Shown in pieces: positions 25,731-34,894 of a stretch of 64,000 nt of DNA (position 1 is the stretch's first letter; the number at the start of each line of letters is the position of its first letter). Source of the DNA: Acidimicrobiaceae bacterium (GTDB lineage: Bacteria > Actinomycetota > Acidimicrobiia > Acidimicrobiales > Aldehydirespiratoraceae); assembly GCA_009843735.1 (NCBI GenBank), contig VYCW01000087.1, positions 7,589 to 71,588 on the forward strand. Direction: 5' to 3'. Made by a program: the position numbers and the translations under genes. The notes under the pieces were generated by a model. That model saw only the letters and a list, made by a program, of their open reading frames with translations. It searched no databases and was not told the origin of the DNA.

Positions 25731-26932
25731 CGCTCGGCGGCTTGCCGGGTCAACGGGATCAGGTCGCGCTGGGCGATGCTGCCTCCTATGCGGCTGACCG
25801 CGGAACCCAGGCCGTCTACGAGCCGCACGAAGCGGGCGCTACCGCCCTCACCGTAGCTGCGGAAGGCCTCCACCAGCGGCGCGACCACCTCAGCGAACGT
25901 GGTGTCGTTCTCGCTGGCGCCGGCCTCGCGCTCCGCCAGGCCCTCGAACCAGAGCCGGGCCCCAGGGTGTTGGGGCCTGCGGGCGAATGCCACCGCGGCG
26001 TGCACGTCCAGGAAGCCGCAGGTGTGGCGCTCGGCCACCCCGTCCCAGCGGTCGGCCAGCCCGTCCCAGCGGTCGCCGGCGTTGCAGCCGCCCAGCTCCA
26101 GGCGCCACAGCAGCGATGTCTGGTCGCAGAGCTGGAATGCGGTCTTGGCATGCGGCCGGCGCTCGTCGAAGACCGCCAGCGCACCGGCGGCGTCCCCGGC
26201 CGCCAGCAGGCGCAGGGCCAGGTGCCACCAGATGTGGGTGGCGAACAGCTCCTGGGCGTTCCACCGTTCGACCGATCCCTCCAGCAGCTCGCGGGCTGCC
26301 GGCGTGTCGTCGGTGGACTCGTAGACGTGGGCCAAGGCGTGCCTGGCCCAGAGGTCGTCGGGATCGAGGCTCAGAGCCTGCCGGCCCAGGTCCTCGGCCT
26401 CGTCGTAGCGTCCGACCTCCTCCAGGGCGAAGGCGTGCTGGCCGGCCACGAACCCCCACCCCGGTTCGCCTCGCCAGGCCTCGACGGCGCGGGAGCTCGA
26501 GGCCAAGCGCGCGTCGGCCTCCCCGACGTGCAGATAGACATCGTGGGCGAAGCGCACCGCCGCGAAGTCCTGCTCGCCGGCCGCGATCTCCTCCCAGGAC
26601 CGGGTCGCAGCAGTGAACTCCCCGGCGACGAGAAGCTCCAGCGCCCGCGCGTGGACCCGTTCGCGGTCAGCCGACCCACCGGCCCTCTCGCGGACTCGGG
26701 CCGCGTCCTCGGCCAGGGCGGGCGAGCCGACCGGAGTCCCCGCCAAGACCCGGTAGACCGAGGCAAACACCGGTCCCATGACGAACGACTCGTCGCGCTC
26801 CCCCGCCTCCGACATCACGGCCACGGGATCGCCGCGGTAGTGCAGGTACTGCTCCCAGCCTCTCGCCCAGGCTTCGACGCTGGCCGGCTCGCCCCGCACC
26901 GGCCCGAGATCGGGCAGGCCGGCTGCGCTCAC
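25712..26932 (-). CDS. Tetratricopeptide repeat protein (TTC38-like)
   Basis: 406 aa helical-repeat protein with TPR-like periodicity. Resembles the TTC38 family. Confidence 0.55.
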   Translation of the reverse strand: MSAAGLPDLGPVRGEPASVEAWARGWEQYLHYRGDPVAVMSEAGERDESFVMGPVFASVYRVLAGTPVGSPALAEDAARVRERAGGSADRERVHARALELLVAGEFTAATRSWEEIAAGEQDFAAVRFAHDVYLHVGEADARLASSSRAVEAWRGEPGWGFVAGQHAFALEEVGRYDEAEDLGRQALSLDPDDLWARHALAHVYESTDDTPAARELLEGSVERWNAQELFATHIWWHLALRLLAAGDAAGALAVFDERRPHAKTAFQLCDQTSLLWRLELGGCNAGDRWDGLADRWDGVAERHTCGFLDVHAAVAFARRPQHPGARLWFEGLAEREAGASENDTTFAEVVAPLVEAFRSYGEGGSARFVRLVDGLGSAVSRIGGSIAQRDLIPLTRQAAERQDPGV

Positions 26933-27540
26933 GGTTCGCCGGTCAGCAACCCCAGGAGATCGTCGTAGTCGGTGCAGGAGGGGTACTGCGGATACTCGGA
27001 CCGCACGTTGGCCGGCGCCCGGAACAGCACCCCGGCGTCGGCTGCGGCCAGCATGGTCATGTCGTTGTAGGAGTCACCGACCGCCACCACCCGGTAGTTG
27101 AGCGAGCGGAAGGCGTCGACGGCCTTCGCCTTCTGGTCGGGAAGCCGCAGCCGGTAGTCGGCGAGGCGGTCGTCCTCCACCACCAGCGTGTGGCACAGCA
27201 GCAGCGGCCAGCCCAGCTGGGCCATCAGCGGTCGGCCGAACTGCTCGAAGGTGTCCGAGAGAAGCACCACCGGCATGCGCGACTGGAGTTCCCGCAGGAA
27301 GTCGAGCGCGCCGTCGAGCGGGACCAGGCCCTCGACCACGTCCATGATCGTGGTCATCCTGACGCCGGCCGCGTCGAGGGCCTCGATCCGGCCCTTCATC
27401 AACACGTCGTAGTCGGGCTCGTCCCGGGTGGTGCGGCGCAGGAAGTCGATGCCGGTGCGCTCGGCCACCGCGATCCACACCTCGGGTGTGAGCACGCCCT
27501 CCACGTCGAGCACGGCCAGAGACTGGCGGGGGGAGGGCAC
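26929..27540 (-). CDS. thrH: Phosphoserine phosphatase/homoserine phosphotransferase ThrH-like HAD hydrolase
   Basis: 203 aa, collinear with P. aeruginosa ThrH (LDVEGVL-PE-WIA-AE-TGI...DYDVLM...GDSYND). Confidence 0.8.
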   Translation of the reverse strand: MPSPRQSLAVLDVEGVLTPEVWIAVAERTGIDFLRRTTRDEPDYDVLMKGRIEALDAAGVRMTTIMDVVEGLVPLDGALDFLRELQSRMPVVLLSDTFEQFGRPLMAQLGWPLLLCHTLVVEDDRLADYRLRLPDQKAKAVDAFRSLNYRVVAVGDSYNDMTMLAAADAGVLFRAPANVRSEYPQYPSCTDYDDLLGLLTGEP

Positions 27541-28004
27541 TAGTGCTCGGACCCCTCCATCATCGCGGCGGCGCGGCGGTCGAGCTCTTCGTCGTCCACG
27601 TCCTCAATATGGGTGTGCACGCTCCACTTGTGGCCCCATGGGTCGAGGAACTGGCCCATGCGGTCACCGTAGAACTGATCCTCGACAGGGCTCAGCTCCG
27701 TGGCCCCGGCCTCCAGGGCGGCTGCGAAGACCGCGTCGCAGTCTTCAACGTTCACCGCCATCGACACCGGCGTACCGCCGAGGGTCTTGGGGCCGACCAC
27801 GCCCATTTCGGGCCACTCGTCGGACAGCATCACCAGCGAGTCTCCGAGGCGCAGCTCGCAATGGCCGATGCGACCGGCGAAGGTCATGCGGCGGCTCTCG
27901 GTGAGGCCGAGTACGCGTGTGTAGAAATCGATTGCCTCGGCGGCACCATCAACGCACAGGTACACGCTGATCCTCGGATAGTCGTCGGGGATGGGCTTGA
28001 CCAT
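27540..28004 (-). CDS. VOC (glyoxalase/bleomycin-resistance) family protein, PhnB-like
   Basis: 154 aa. AIDFY--VLG...GDRMGQF-DPWGH-W pattern. Confidence 0.8.
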   Translation of the reverse strand: MVKPIPDDYPRISVYLCVDGAAEAIDFYTRVLGLTESRRMTFAGRIGHCELRLGDSLVMLSDEWPEMGVVGPKTLGGTPVSMAVNVEDCDAVFAAALEAGATELSPVEDQFYGDRMGQFLDPWGHKWSVHTHIEDVDDEELDRRAAAMMEGSEH

Positions 28005-28127
28005 GGAACTATTCCTTCCCGGTGGGCGAGCGGTAGGAACCTGGCGGGTCCATCCGTCCGTGTCGGCACTGCATTATCGCGGGGCGGCGGCCGACTCGCC
28101 CACCTCCAACCCCGGAGGCAGGGCGCC

Positions 28128-28460
28128 TCAGGCCTCCACCATGGCGATCAGCTCTTCGTCGCTGGGGATCTCGACGCCGGGCACGTAGTAGGTGTAGAGG
28201 CTGGCGATCACCTCGCCGAGCCCCGAGTCGTCGCCGGTGGCCAGCTCGGCGGTGATCACCGAGCCGTGCATGTGGATCGACGACAGCTTGCCGGTGGCCA
28301 GCATCCGGCGGGCCAGCTCATCGGAGGGGCGGTCGCCGAGGATCTCCTCGCCGGCCCGGTAGCGCTCGTGACCCATACCGGTGAGGGTCCGGTTCAGCTC
28401 GAACCGCACGAGCCCGGGCCGGGGCGACGAGGTGCGCAGGAAGGTGACGGGCTGGCCCAT
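28128..28460 (-). CDS. Hypothetical protein (possibly Nfu_N-like fold)
   Basis: 110 aa with coding-like composition and clean boundaries. Only a weak resemblance to NifU N-terminal-like domains. Confidence 0.45.
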   Translation of the reverse strand: MGQPVTFLRTSSPRPGLVRFELNRTLTGMGHERYRAGEEILGDRPSDELARRMLATGKLSSIHMHGSVITAELATGDDSGLGEVIASLYTYYVPGVEIPSDEELIAMVEA

Positions 28461-28472
28461 GGCGACTGAAGG

Positions 28473-29282
28473 CTACAGCCGACCGTTCGCCGCGGCTGCA
28501 CCCCCGAGCGGAGCGTCGAACAGCCGGGGCTGGGCGTCCTCCGGCGGCGGCATCAACCGTGGGACTCCGCTCCAGCGCAGATCGTCCATGAACACCCAAC
28601 GCCGGCGGTGGATGGCGCTCGGGCCCCAGGCGGCCAGCGCGGCTATGTGGCGGGGGCACGGGTAGCCCTTGTTGGACGCGAACCAGTAGGCCGGATAGCG
28701 CTGGGCAGCCTCGACCATCAGGCGGTCGCGGGTGACCTTGGCGACCACCGACGCGGCCGCGATGGAGAGGCTCGACGCGTCACCCCTCACGATGGTGGTC
28801 ACGTCCGGTCCGTCGCCGCGGTCCGCTGCGGCTCCGCCCGGCTCATCGGGGCCGTCGGGGCGCGGCTTCAGGAAGTTCCAGGACCCGTCCACCAGGACAT
28901 GGTCGACATCCAAGCCCAGACCATCGACGGCCCGGCGGGCCGCGAGGCGCTGGGCGTCGGCCATGCCCAGCTCGGCGCACTCGGCCACGGTGGCGTGGCC
29001 CACCGACACGGCCCGGGCCCATCCGATGATGCGGTCGTGCAGCACCTCGCGCTCGGAGGCGTTGAGCATCTTGGAGTCGCGCACCTTGTAGATCCGGGTG
29101 CCGGGATCGGCGACCACGGCCGCCACCGTGAGCGGCCCGGCCCACGATCCCCGGCCCACCTCGTCCACTCCGGCCACGACGTCGGCGCCGTCCGACCACA
29201 GACTGCGCTCCACCCGCAGCCCCGGGGCGCGTCCCCGTAGGGCGCGCCGCAGCGGGGCGGCGGCGGAGGCAGTGTTGGCCAT
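28473..29282 (-). CDS. rnhB: Ribonuclease HII
   Basis: VAGVDEVGRGSWAGPL and DSK-L motifs. 269 aa. Confidence 0.9.
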   Translation of the reverse strand: MANTASAAAPLRRALRGRAPGLRVERSLWSDGADVVAGVDEVGRGSWAGPLTVAAVVADPGTRIYKVRDSKMLNASEREVLHDRIIGWARAVSVGHATVAECAELGMADAQRLAARRAVDGLGLDVDHVLVDGSWNFLKPRPDGPDEPGGAAADRGDGPDVTTIVRGDASSLSIAAASVVAKVTRDRLMVEAAQRYPAYWFASNKGYPCPRHIAALAAWGPSAIHRRRWVFMDDLRWSGVPRLMPPPEDAQPRLFDAPLGGAAAANGRL

Positions 29283-29319
29283 CGGCGCGACCGTAGCCGC
29301 GCCGAGTCAGCTCAAAGAG

Positions 29320-29808
29320 CTAGAGGGTCCAGGTGGAGAGGACCAGGGCCCTGTCGCGCCAGGCCTGGATGTTGGCGTCGAGGACGTCGAGCGGGTTGAA
29401 GGGGGTCACGCCCTCCATCACGTCGTCCTCGCGCATACCGTAGAGCGCGCCCATGGCGAAGCGGCAGCAGTACACCGTCGCGCCCTCGTTGATGAGGGTC
29501 TGGAGCTGGCGGTTGTACCCGAGGTTGCCGGGGAAGCCCTCCTGGCCCACCGCCGGGTAGCCCCGGGCAGCGTTGGCCATGAGCACGGCCGGGCCGTACA
29601 GCACGAACGTGAGCTTGAAGCCCTTGCGCTGCAGGCGGGTGGCGGTGAGCATGTTCACCAGGCCGACCGAGCCCTCGAAGGGCACGGTGTGCATGAACAC
29701 GTACGCCTGATCGCCCTCCTCAGCCTTGTAATCGGGGAAGACCTTCTCCTCGATGTTGTGCATGACGTCGCCCTCTTGGGGCGGCGGGATGGTCACTGTC
29801 TTTGGCAT
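29320..29808 (-). CDS. Hypothetical protein, proposed MSMEG_0572/Sll0783-family (Nit1C 'Hp1') member
   Basis: 162 aa. Assigned from size and conserved gene order (flavoprotein, small protein, ~160-aa protein) as in the MSMEG_0569-0570-0572 arrangement. Family identity not verified. Confidence 0.5.
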   Translation of the reverse strand: MPKTVTIPPPQEGDVMHNIEEKVFPDYKAEEGDQAYVFMHTVPFEGSVGLVNMLTATRLQRKGFKLTFVLYGPAVLMANAARGYPAVGQEGFPGNLGYNRQLQTLINEGATVYCCRFAMGALYGMREDDVMEGVTPFNPLDVLDANIQAWRDRALVLSTWTL

Positions 29809-29859
29809 TTCGCCTCCTTGTTGTCGATGTTGTCGATGTCTGGATCGGTTGCGGAAGGG

Positions 29860-30120
29860 TCAGACAGCCGGTCCCCGGGGCCGGCCCGACCGGATAGGCC
29901 AGTCCCTCCGGTGAGAGCCCGGCAGGATAGCGATGACGCGGCGCCGGATGCCCCACGGAAGCAGGCGGTACACCGGCGTGAACACGTGCCTCCAGAAGAT
30001 CTCCCGAGCGCCTCGCGCCTTCTGGGGAGCCCGGGCGCCGTAACGGGCCCCGACACGCCGCTGAGCGTCGATGGCCAGGTAGCGCTCGGAGTTCGAGCGG
30101 AGCCAGTGAGCGAAACTCAT
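29860..30120 (-). CDS. Small hypothetical protein, proposed MSMEG_0570-family (Nit1C 'Hp2') member
   Basis: 86 aa, 18 nt downstream of the flavoprotein gene. Assignment by position and size only. Confidence 0.45.
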   Translation of the reverse strand: MSFAHWLRSNSERYLAIDAQRRVGARYGARAPQKARGAREIFWRHVFTPVYRLLPWGIRRRVIAILPGSHRRDWPIRSGRPRGPAV

Positions 30121-30138
30121 GAGCGAGTCTGCCGGCCC

Positions 30139-31461
30139 CTACAGCCCGGCCAGGAGGTTCTGCGCGGCCACCGAGATCGGCTCGTTGAGGGCGCCGATGG
30201 CGGGCGAGTAGACGTTCTCCATCGTGGCCAGCTCCTCAACGGTGAGCCCGACCCGCACCGCCATGGCCAGGAAGTCGGCCCGCTCCTTGATGCCCTCGCC
30301 GCCCACCATCTGCGCGCCGATCAACCGGAGCGACCCCGGCTCGGCCAGCAGCTTCACGGTGATGGGCCTCACGCCCGGGTAGTAGCGGGCCCGGGTGATG
30401 CCCTGGGCCTTGCCCACCACGTGCTGGATGCCCAACGCGGTGGCCAGCGTCTCGCCGAAGGACACCCCGCCGATCATCCACTCTCCGGCCAGCAGGCCCC
30501 ACGGCACGAACACCGGCCGGTAGTGGCGGGTGCCGCCCGCCGCGTTGGTGCCGGCCGTCTTGCCCTGGGCGTAGGCGTGGGAACCGGTCAGCCCCTGGAT
30601 CGGGATGTCGGTGACGCCGTGCGGGATCTCGGTGCAGTCGCCGGCCGCGTAGATGTTCGGATCGGAGGTCTGCATCCTGGAGTCGACGACCAGCCCGCCG
30701 GTCGTACCCAGCTGCAGACCGGCGGCCTCGGCCAGCGGGTTGTTGGGCACCTTGTGAGTGCCGATGATGACGATGTCGGTGTCGATGTCGCCCTGCTCGG
30801 TCTCGACCCGACTCACAGCGCCATCGCCCCTGAAGGCGGTGACCCAGTTGCCCCACTGCATGTCGACATCGGCGTCCTCCCAGGCCTGGCGGACGGGCTC
30901 GACGATGTCGGGATCGAGCACATCGGCCATCGGCCAGGGGGCCCGGTCGACGACGGTCACCTTGATCCCCCGGTGCAGCAGGGCCGCGACCATCTCCATG
31001 GCCACCAGACCGGCCTCGACGATCACCGCCGACTTGCAGGAGTCGAGGCGCTTGTCCCAGTCCATGGCCGCCCGGATGTACTTGACCTCGTAGATCCCGT
31101 CGAGGTCGGCCCCATCGACATCCACCTTGGCGTAGTTCCAGCCGGCGCCGATGATGAGCCGGTCATAGGACACCACGCCCTCACCCGCGACGGTGAGGGT
31201 GCGCGCCTTCGCGTCGATGGCCTCGACGGTGGTCTCGTAGTGGACGTCGATCCCGGTGTTTACGTACTGCTCCTTGGTGGCCAGGAAGAGCCGCTCGAAT
31301 GAGTCGATCTCGCGCCCGTGGACGTAGGGGATCCCGCAGGGGCTGTAGGCCACATCAGTGTCGGCGGTGTAGACCACCACCTCCGCGCTGGGATCGACCG
31401 CCTTGGCCGCGCCGGCGGCACCCAGTCCTGCGGCGCCTCCGCCGATCACTGCGATCCGCAT
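30139..31461 (-). CDS. Pyridine nucleotide-disulfide oxidoreductase (NADH oxidase/CoA-disulfide reductase-like); proposed MSMEG_0569-family flavoprotein
   Basis: 440 aa. MRIAVIGGGAAG, single redox Cys in YSPCGIPY, and a second Rossmann fold. Confidence 0.8.
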   Translation of the reverse strand: MRIAVIGGGAAGLGAAGAAKAVDPSAEVVVYTADTDVAYSPCGIPYVHGREIDSFERLFLATKEQYVNTGIDVHYETTVEAIDAKARTLTVAGEGVVSYDRLIIGAGWNYAKVDVDGADLDGIYEVKYIRAAMDWDKRLDSCKSAVIVEAGLVAMEMVAALLHRGIKVTVVDRAPWPMADVLDPDIVEPVRQAWEDADVDMQWGNWVTAFRGDGAVSRVETEQGDIDTDIVIIGTHKVPNNPLAEAAGLQLGTTGGLVVDSRMQTSDPNIYAAGDCTEIPHGVTDIPIQGLTGSHAYAQGKTAGTNAAGGTRHYRPVFVPWGLLAGEWMIGGVSFGETLATALGIQHVVGKAQGITRARYYPGVRPITVKLLAEPGSLRLIGAQMVGGEGIKERADFLAMAVRVGLTVEELATMENVYSPAIGALNEPISVAAQNLLAGL

Positions 31462-31503
31462 TGTCTTCCTCTCGTCACTCCGAACCGTCTCCCGGCCCGC
31501 TCA

Positions 31504-31565
31504 CCGACGTGTCGGATGAGATATCTACGTATCGGAACCTAAAGCCGCCACCGCTCGGGTGTCAA
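31504..31565 (-). promoter_or_regulatory. Promoter TTGACA-N18-TAGGTT plus conserved +5..+25 box (ATATCTCATCCGACACGTCGG)
   Basis: -35 at 31560..31565 and -10 at 31536..31541, with the box at 31504..31524. 31/43 identity with 36666..36708, in the same register relative to the -10. Confidence 0.6.
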
Positions 31566-31592
31566 GCCCGCGGAGCCTCCACAGTGCGGGCA

Positions 31593-32048
31593 TCAAACGG
31601 CCACCACCGACAGCTCGGGGGTGTTGCGGATGGTGTTGCTCACGTAGCACACCCGGGCCGCGGCCTCCACCAGCGCGGCCTTGACGGACTCCTCGCAGCC
31701 GGCGTCGACCCGTATCTCCAGCGCCGAGAACCGGGGCCCGTCGTAGGTGCCGGTCACCTCCACATCGACATGGGACAGCTCGATGCCGCGCTTGCCGGCC
31801 GCGTGGGCCACCGCCAGCGTGAAGCAGGACGACAGCGCGGCCAGGAGCAGCTCGGTCGGCTGGGGCCCCTCGTTGGTGCCGCCCACGCTCTCGGGCTCGT
31901 CCACCGGGATCGTGAAGTCGCCGGCGGTGACATCGCAGCGGTATGCACCCAGCCACCGGGCCGAGACTGTGCGGGTAAGCGAACTCACGAAGAAGTCGTC
32001 CTTCAGGCGGTGGCTCAGCCCGTCAACTATACGACGCCCCCCGATCAC
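31593..32048 (-). CDS. OsmC/Ohr family peroxiredoxin-like protein
   Basis: GGTNEGPQPTELLLAALSSC and VCYVSNT motifs. Alternative GTG start at 31988. Confidence 0.8.
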   Translation of the reverse strand: MIGGRRIVDGLSHRLKDDFFVSSLTRTVSARWLGAYRCDVTAGDFTIPVDEPESVGGTNEGPQPTELLLAALSSCFTLAVAHAAGKRGIELSHVDVEVTGTYDGPRFSALEIRVDAGCEESVKAALVEAAARVCYVSNTIRNTPELSVVAV

Positions 32049-32081
32049 AAGCGAAAGACGGCCGTCTAGGATTCACGCCCT

Positions 32082-32720
32082 ATGCGCCGCGAGACCGGCA
32101 ACGGCAACGGAGGAGACGGCTCGGAGACACCGCCGAGCCCGACGCACGGCGAGGACCTGAGCGCGGTCGTGAACTCGATCGGACCCAAGGTCCGCCACCT
32201 TCGCAAGCAGTGGAACCTGTCGCTGCAGCAGCTCGCCGACCGGTCCAACGTCTCGACCGCAGCCATCCACAAGGTCGAGCAGGGCGCGATGGTGCCGACC
32301 ATCACGACGCTGCTGAAGCTGGCTGCGGCCCTGGAACAGCCGGTGTCGTACTTCGTGGAGGAGGACCAGGAGCCGCCGCTGTACGCGGTCTTCACACCCG
32401 CCGCCGAGCGCCGGTCGATCTACACGCCCCATGAGGGTCTCTCCCTGGGCGGCATCTCGGGCCCCTACGGGCAGTACTTCGTGGCGACCGCCATCGCCGA
32501 GGTCGAGCCGGGGGCCGACAGCGGCGAGAACCCTCTGCGCCACGCCGGCGAGGAGCTCATCCACATGCTGTCGGGGCGGCTCGACGTCGATGTCGGCGAC
32601 CAGTCGTTCCAGCTGCGCCGGGGCGACTCGATCCACTTCCGGACCGACCAGGAGCACCGCTGGCACAACCCGTACCGGCACACCGCACGGGCGGTGTGGA
32701 CCGCCCTGAGACCCACCTGA
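32082..32720 (+). CDS. XRE-family HTH transcriptional regulator with C-terminal cupin domain (PuuR-like architecture)
   Basis: IGPKVRHLRKQWNLSLQQLADRSNVSTAAIHKVEQG HTH, followed by a cupin (GEELIHMLSGRL...GDSIHF). Confidence 0.85.
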   Translation: MRRETGNGNGGDGSETPPSPTHGEDLSAVVNSIGPKVRHLRKQWNLSLQQLADRSNVSTAAIHKVEQGAMVPTITTLLKLAAALEQPVSYFVEEDQEPPLYAVFTPAAERRSIYTPHEGLSLGGISGPYGQYFVATAIAEVEPGADSGENPLRHAGEELIHMLSGRLDVDVGDQSFQLRRGDSIHFRTDQEHRWHNPYRHTARAVWTALRPT

Positions 32721-32744
32721 GCGGACCCGCGCCCGCGCTTGCTC

Positions 32745-34160
32745 TCAGTCCTGTGACAGCCGCTGGTCGAGGTCGAGGAGGGCCTGCATGAAGCACTCGG
32801 CGGGGGCGCGGGCCACTCCGGCGCCCACCTGGCCGGACCCGTCGGAGACGTGGAGGATCCCGGTGTTGACCGCCGGGGTGATGGAGGTCTCGACCACCCG
32901 GCGGACATCGACCCCGAGGGGGGTTCCGGCGTTGTCGAGCACCGGTAGACGGAACCGGCTGCTGGTGCTGGCGCAGATGCGGCTCATCGCCGCCGTGACG
33001 GCTGCCGCATCGGCCATACGGCCCCCGAGGAAGCCGGCCACCGCCGGAGAGTTGGCCGCGGCCGGGCCACCCAGCCCCACCAGTTCCAGCACGGCGCTGT
33101 CACCGATGTCGGGGGCGCTGGTGTCGGGACCCTGATCCGGGTAGTACAGGGCGTCCTGCACAGGGGGCGCCTCCGCGATGAACCAGTTCTCGGGCCGGCC
33201 GGCCAGGCGGATGCCGTAGGTGGTGCCGTTGCGGCACATGGTGGTGACGATGCTCGAGTCCGGCACCTGGCCGGCCCACTCGACCAGAGCGCGGGCACCG
33301 GCCATGACCACGTTGAGGAACATCAGGTGGTTGGTGCTCAGGAAGTCGGCCACCTCGCCGATCCGGGCGACATCCGAGCGGACTAGTTGCGGGAGCAGGT
33401 CGCGCAGCAGCAGGTTGGTGGTGGCCTGGACCCGCATGTGCACGTCGTCGCCCATGGTGATGCCCTGAGCGGCCAGTGAGAACACATCGACCGGTCCGGT
33501 CCCGTCGAGAGCCCGGGCCAGGGCCGGACCGAGCGCGTCCCGCAGGAACCGGAGGCGCTCGATGGCCGCGTCGGAGTCGACCCCGAACCAGGCGACCTCC
33601 CCGGAGCCCTGGTTCAGGCTGGAATAGGCGGTGGTGCCGCCAGCATCGACCGAAACCACGTAGACCGGCGCGCTGGGACCGATCGCGGTGGCCATCGGCA
33701 CCACCGTGCAGTGCTCATTAGCCGGCTCCAGGCCGATCTCACCGGCCTGCACCATGCGGTCGGCGGCATCGCTGTTGGAGGCCCAGCCCTCGGCCACGAC
33801 CGCGGCCCTGACCGAGCGCCGGAGCGGGTCGCACATGTCGGCCCAGGCGATCCGCGGCCCGCAGTGCAGGATCGTCGCTTCGTCCAGGCCGCCGATCACC
33901 GAGCCCGCCGTGTCCACGCCCTGCAGCATGGGCACACCGCGGTCCAGGCGGCTGATCACCTCCGCGTTGGCCGCGTCCACCCGGTCCGAGGCCGGGCCCA
34001 GCAGCCGGGCCAGCGCCGCCACCGCGTCGAGGTCGCCGCCGGCGGGGATGCGCCAGTCCACGCCGACCGCGGGGGCGCCCTGGTCGCGTACCGCGGTCTC
34101 GAACCGCTCCAGGCCGATGTTGACGACTTCCACCCTGTCGGGCAACTCGATGGCGCCCAT
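32745..34160 (-). CDS. DUF1116 family protein (YlbE/AllG-like)
   Basis: 471 aa. Resembles the E. coli YlbE family that partners FdrA and YlbF. Confidence 0.65.
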   Translation of the reverse strand: MGAIELPDRVEVVNIGLERFETAVRDQGAPAVGVDWRIPAGGDLDAVAALARLLGPASDRVDAANAEVISRLDRGVPMLQGVDTAGSVIGGLDEATILHCGPRIAWADMCDPLRRSVRAAVVAEGWASNSDAADRMVQAGEIGLEPANEHCTVVPMATAIGPSAPVYVVSVDAGGTTAYSSLNQGSGEVAWFGVDSDAAIERLRFLRDALGPALARALDGTGPVDVFSLAAQGITMGDDVHMRVQATTNLLLRDLLPQLVRSDVARIGEVADFLSTNHLMFLNVVMAGARALVEWAGQVPDSSIVTTMCRNGTTYGIRLAGRPENWFIAEAPPVQDALYYPDQGPDTSAPDIGDSAVLELVGLGGPAAANSPAVAGFLGGRMADAAAVTAAMSRICASTSSRFRLPVLDNAGTPLGVDVRRVVETSITPAVNTGILHVSDGSGQVGAGVARAPAECFMQALLDLDQRLSQD

Positions 34161-34335
34161 CGCAGCCGGTGTGCGTATCCGTTCCGCCCGAGGCCCCTAG
34201 AGGCCCCGCGGATTGACGAGCAAACCCGGTCCACACGGGCGGGGCCGTGGCCCGAGCGGCCCGTGAGCGCAGCGAACAAGAGCGGGAATGACCCCGCCGC
34301 ATCGCGATCGACTGCCGAGCAATCCGCGCACGCTC

Positions 34336-34881
34336 TTACGACATCGTGACGAGCAGGGCGCTCGGCGTGTCGCGGGCGGCGGGCAGTCGCAGGTGGGCGT
34401 CCTCCGGGATGTCGGCTTCGACCAGCCTCCGGGCCTCAGCCAGCCGGAAGATCATCGGCTGGTGGGGCAAGCCGTAGTAGGGCACGGGCGGCCCGTTGTG
34501 CTCCCATCCGATGCGCTCGAAGAAGGTGACGTTCTGGAGTTGCACGAAGGCGTCCATCACAGTGCCTCCGGCTTCAGCGGCAGTCGACACCGCGAAACGG
34601 ACGAGCCTGATCCCGACGATTCCCGCCCGGTAGCCGGGCAGCACGGCCAGGCGGTCGCCCTTCCAGCGGCCGGCGTCGTCGGTGCGGTACAGGCGGACCG
34701 TGCCGATCACCTCCGGTCCCCGGCCGGCGACCACGTGGATCGTGTCGGGGTCGGCGTCCCAGTCGTCGACGTCGGTGAGGGGAATGACCCGCTGCTCCTC
34801 CACGAACACCCGGTGCCGGATGCGCATGTGCCAACTCCGGGCCTCCGGGGAGACAGCCCGCCAGCATTCGATGCGCTCCAC
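34336..34881 (-). CDS. GNAT N-acetyltransferase, proposed MSMEG_0567/Sll0786 family
   Basis: 181 aa. RHRVFVEEQ... GNAT core. 13 nt downstream of the radical SAM gene, as in Nit1C clusters. Confidence 0.7.
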   Translation of the reverse strand: MERIECWRAVSPEARSWHMRIRHRVFVEEQRVIPLTDVDDWDADPDTIHVVAGRGPEVIGTVRLYRTDDAGRWKGDRLAVLPGYRAGIVGIRLVRFAVSTAAEAGGTVMDAFVQLQNVTFFERIGWEHNGPPVPYYGLPHQPMIFRLAEARRLVEADIPEDAHLRLPAARDTPSALLVTMS

Positions 34882-34894
34882 TGCCGCCTCGCTG

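Noticed and set aside
34190-34207. Direct repeat GAGGCCCC-TA-GAGGCCCC 30-47 nt upstream of the DUF1116 gene
   Set aside because: It is short, GC-rich and single-copy, so I cannot distinguish it from chance or assign a role. It is noted only as a possible binding site.
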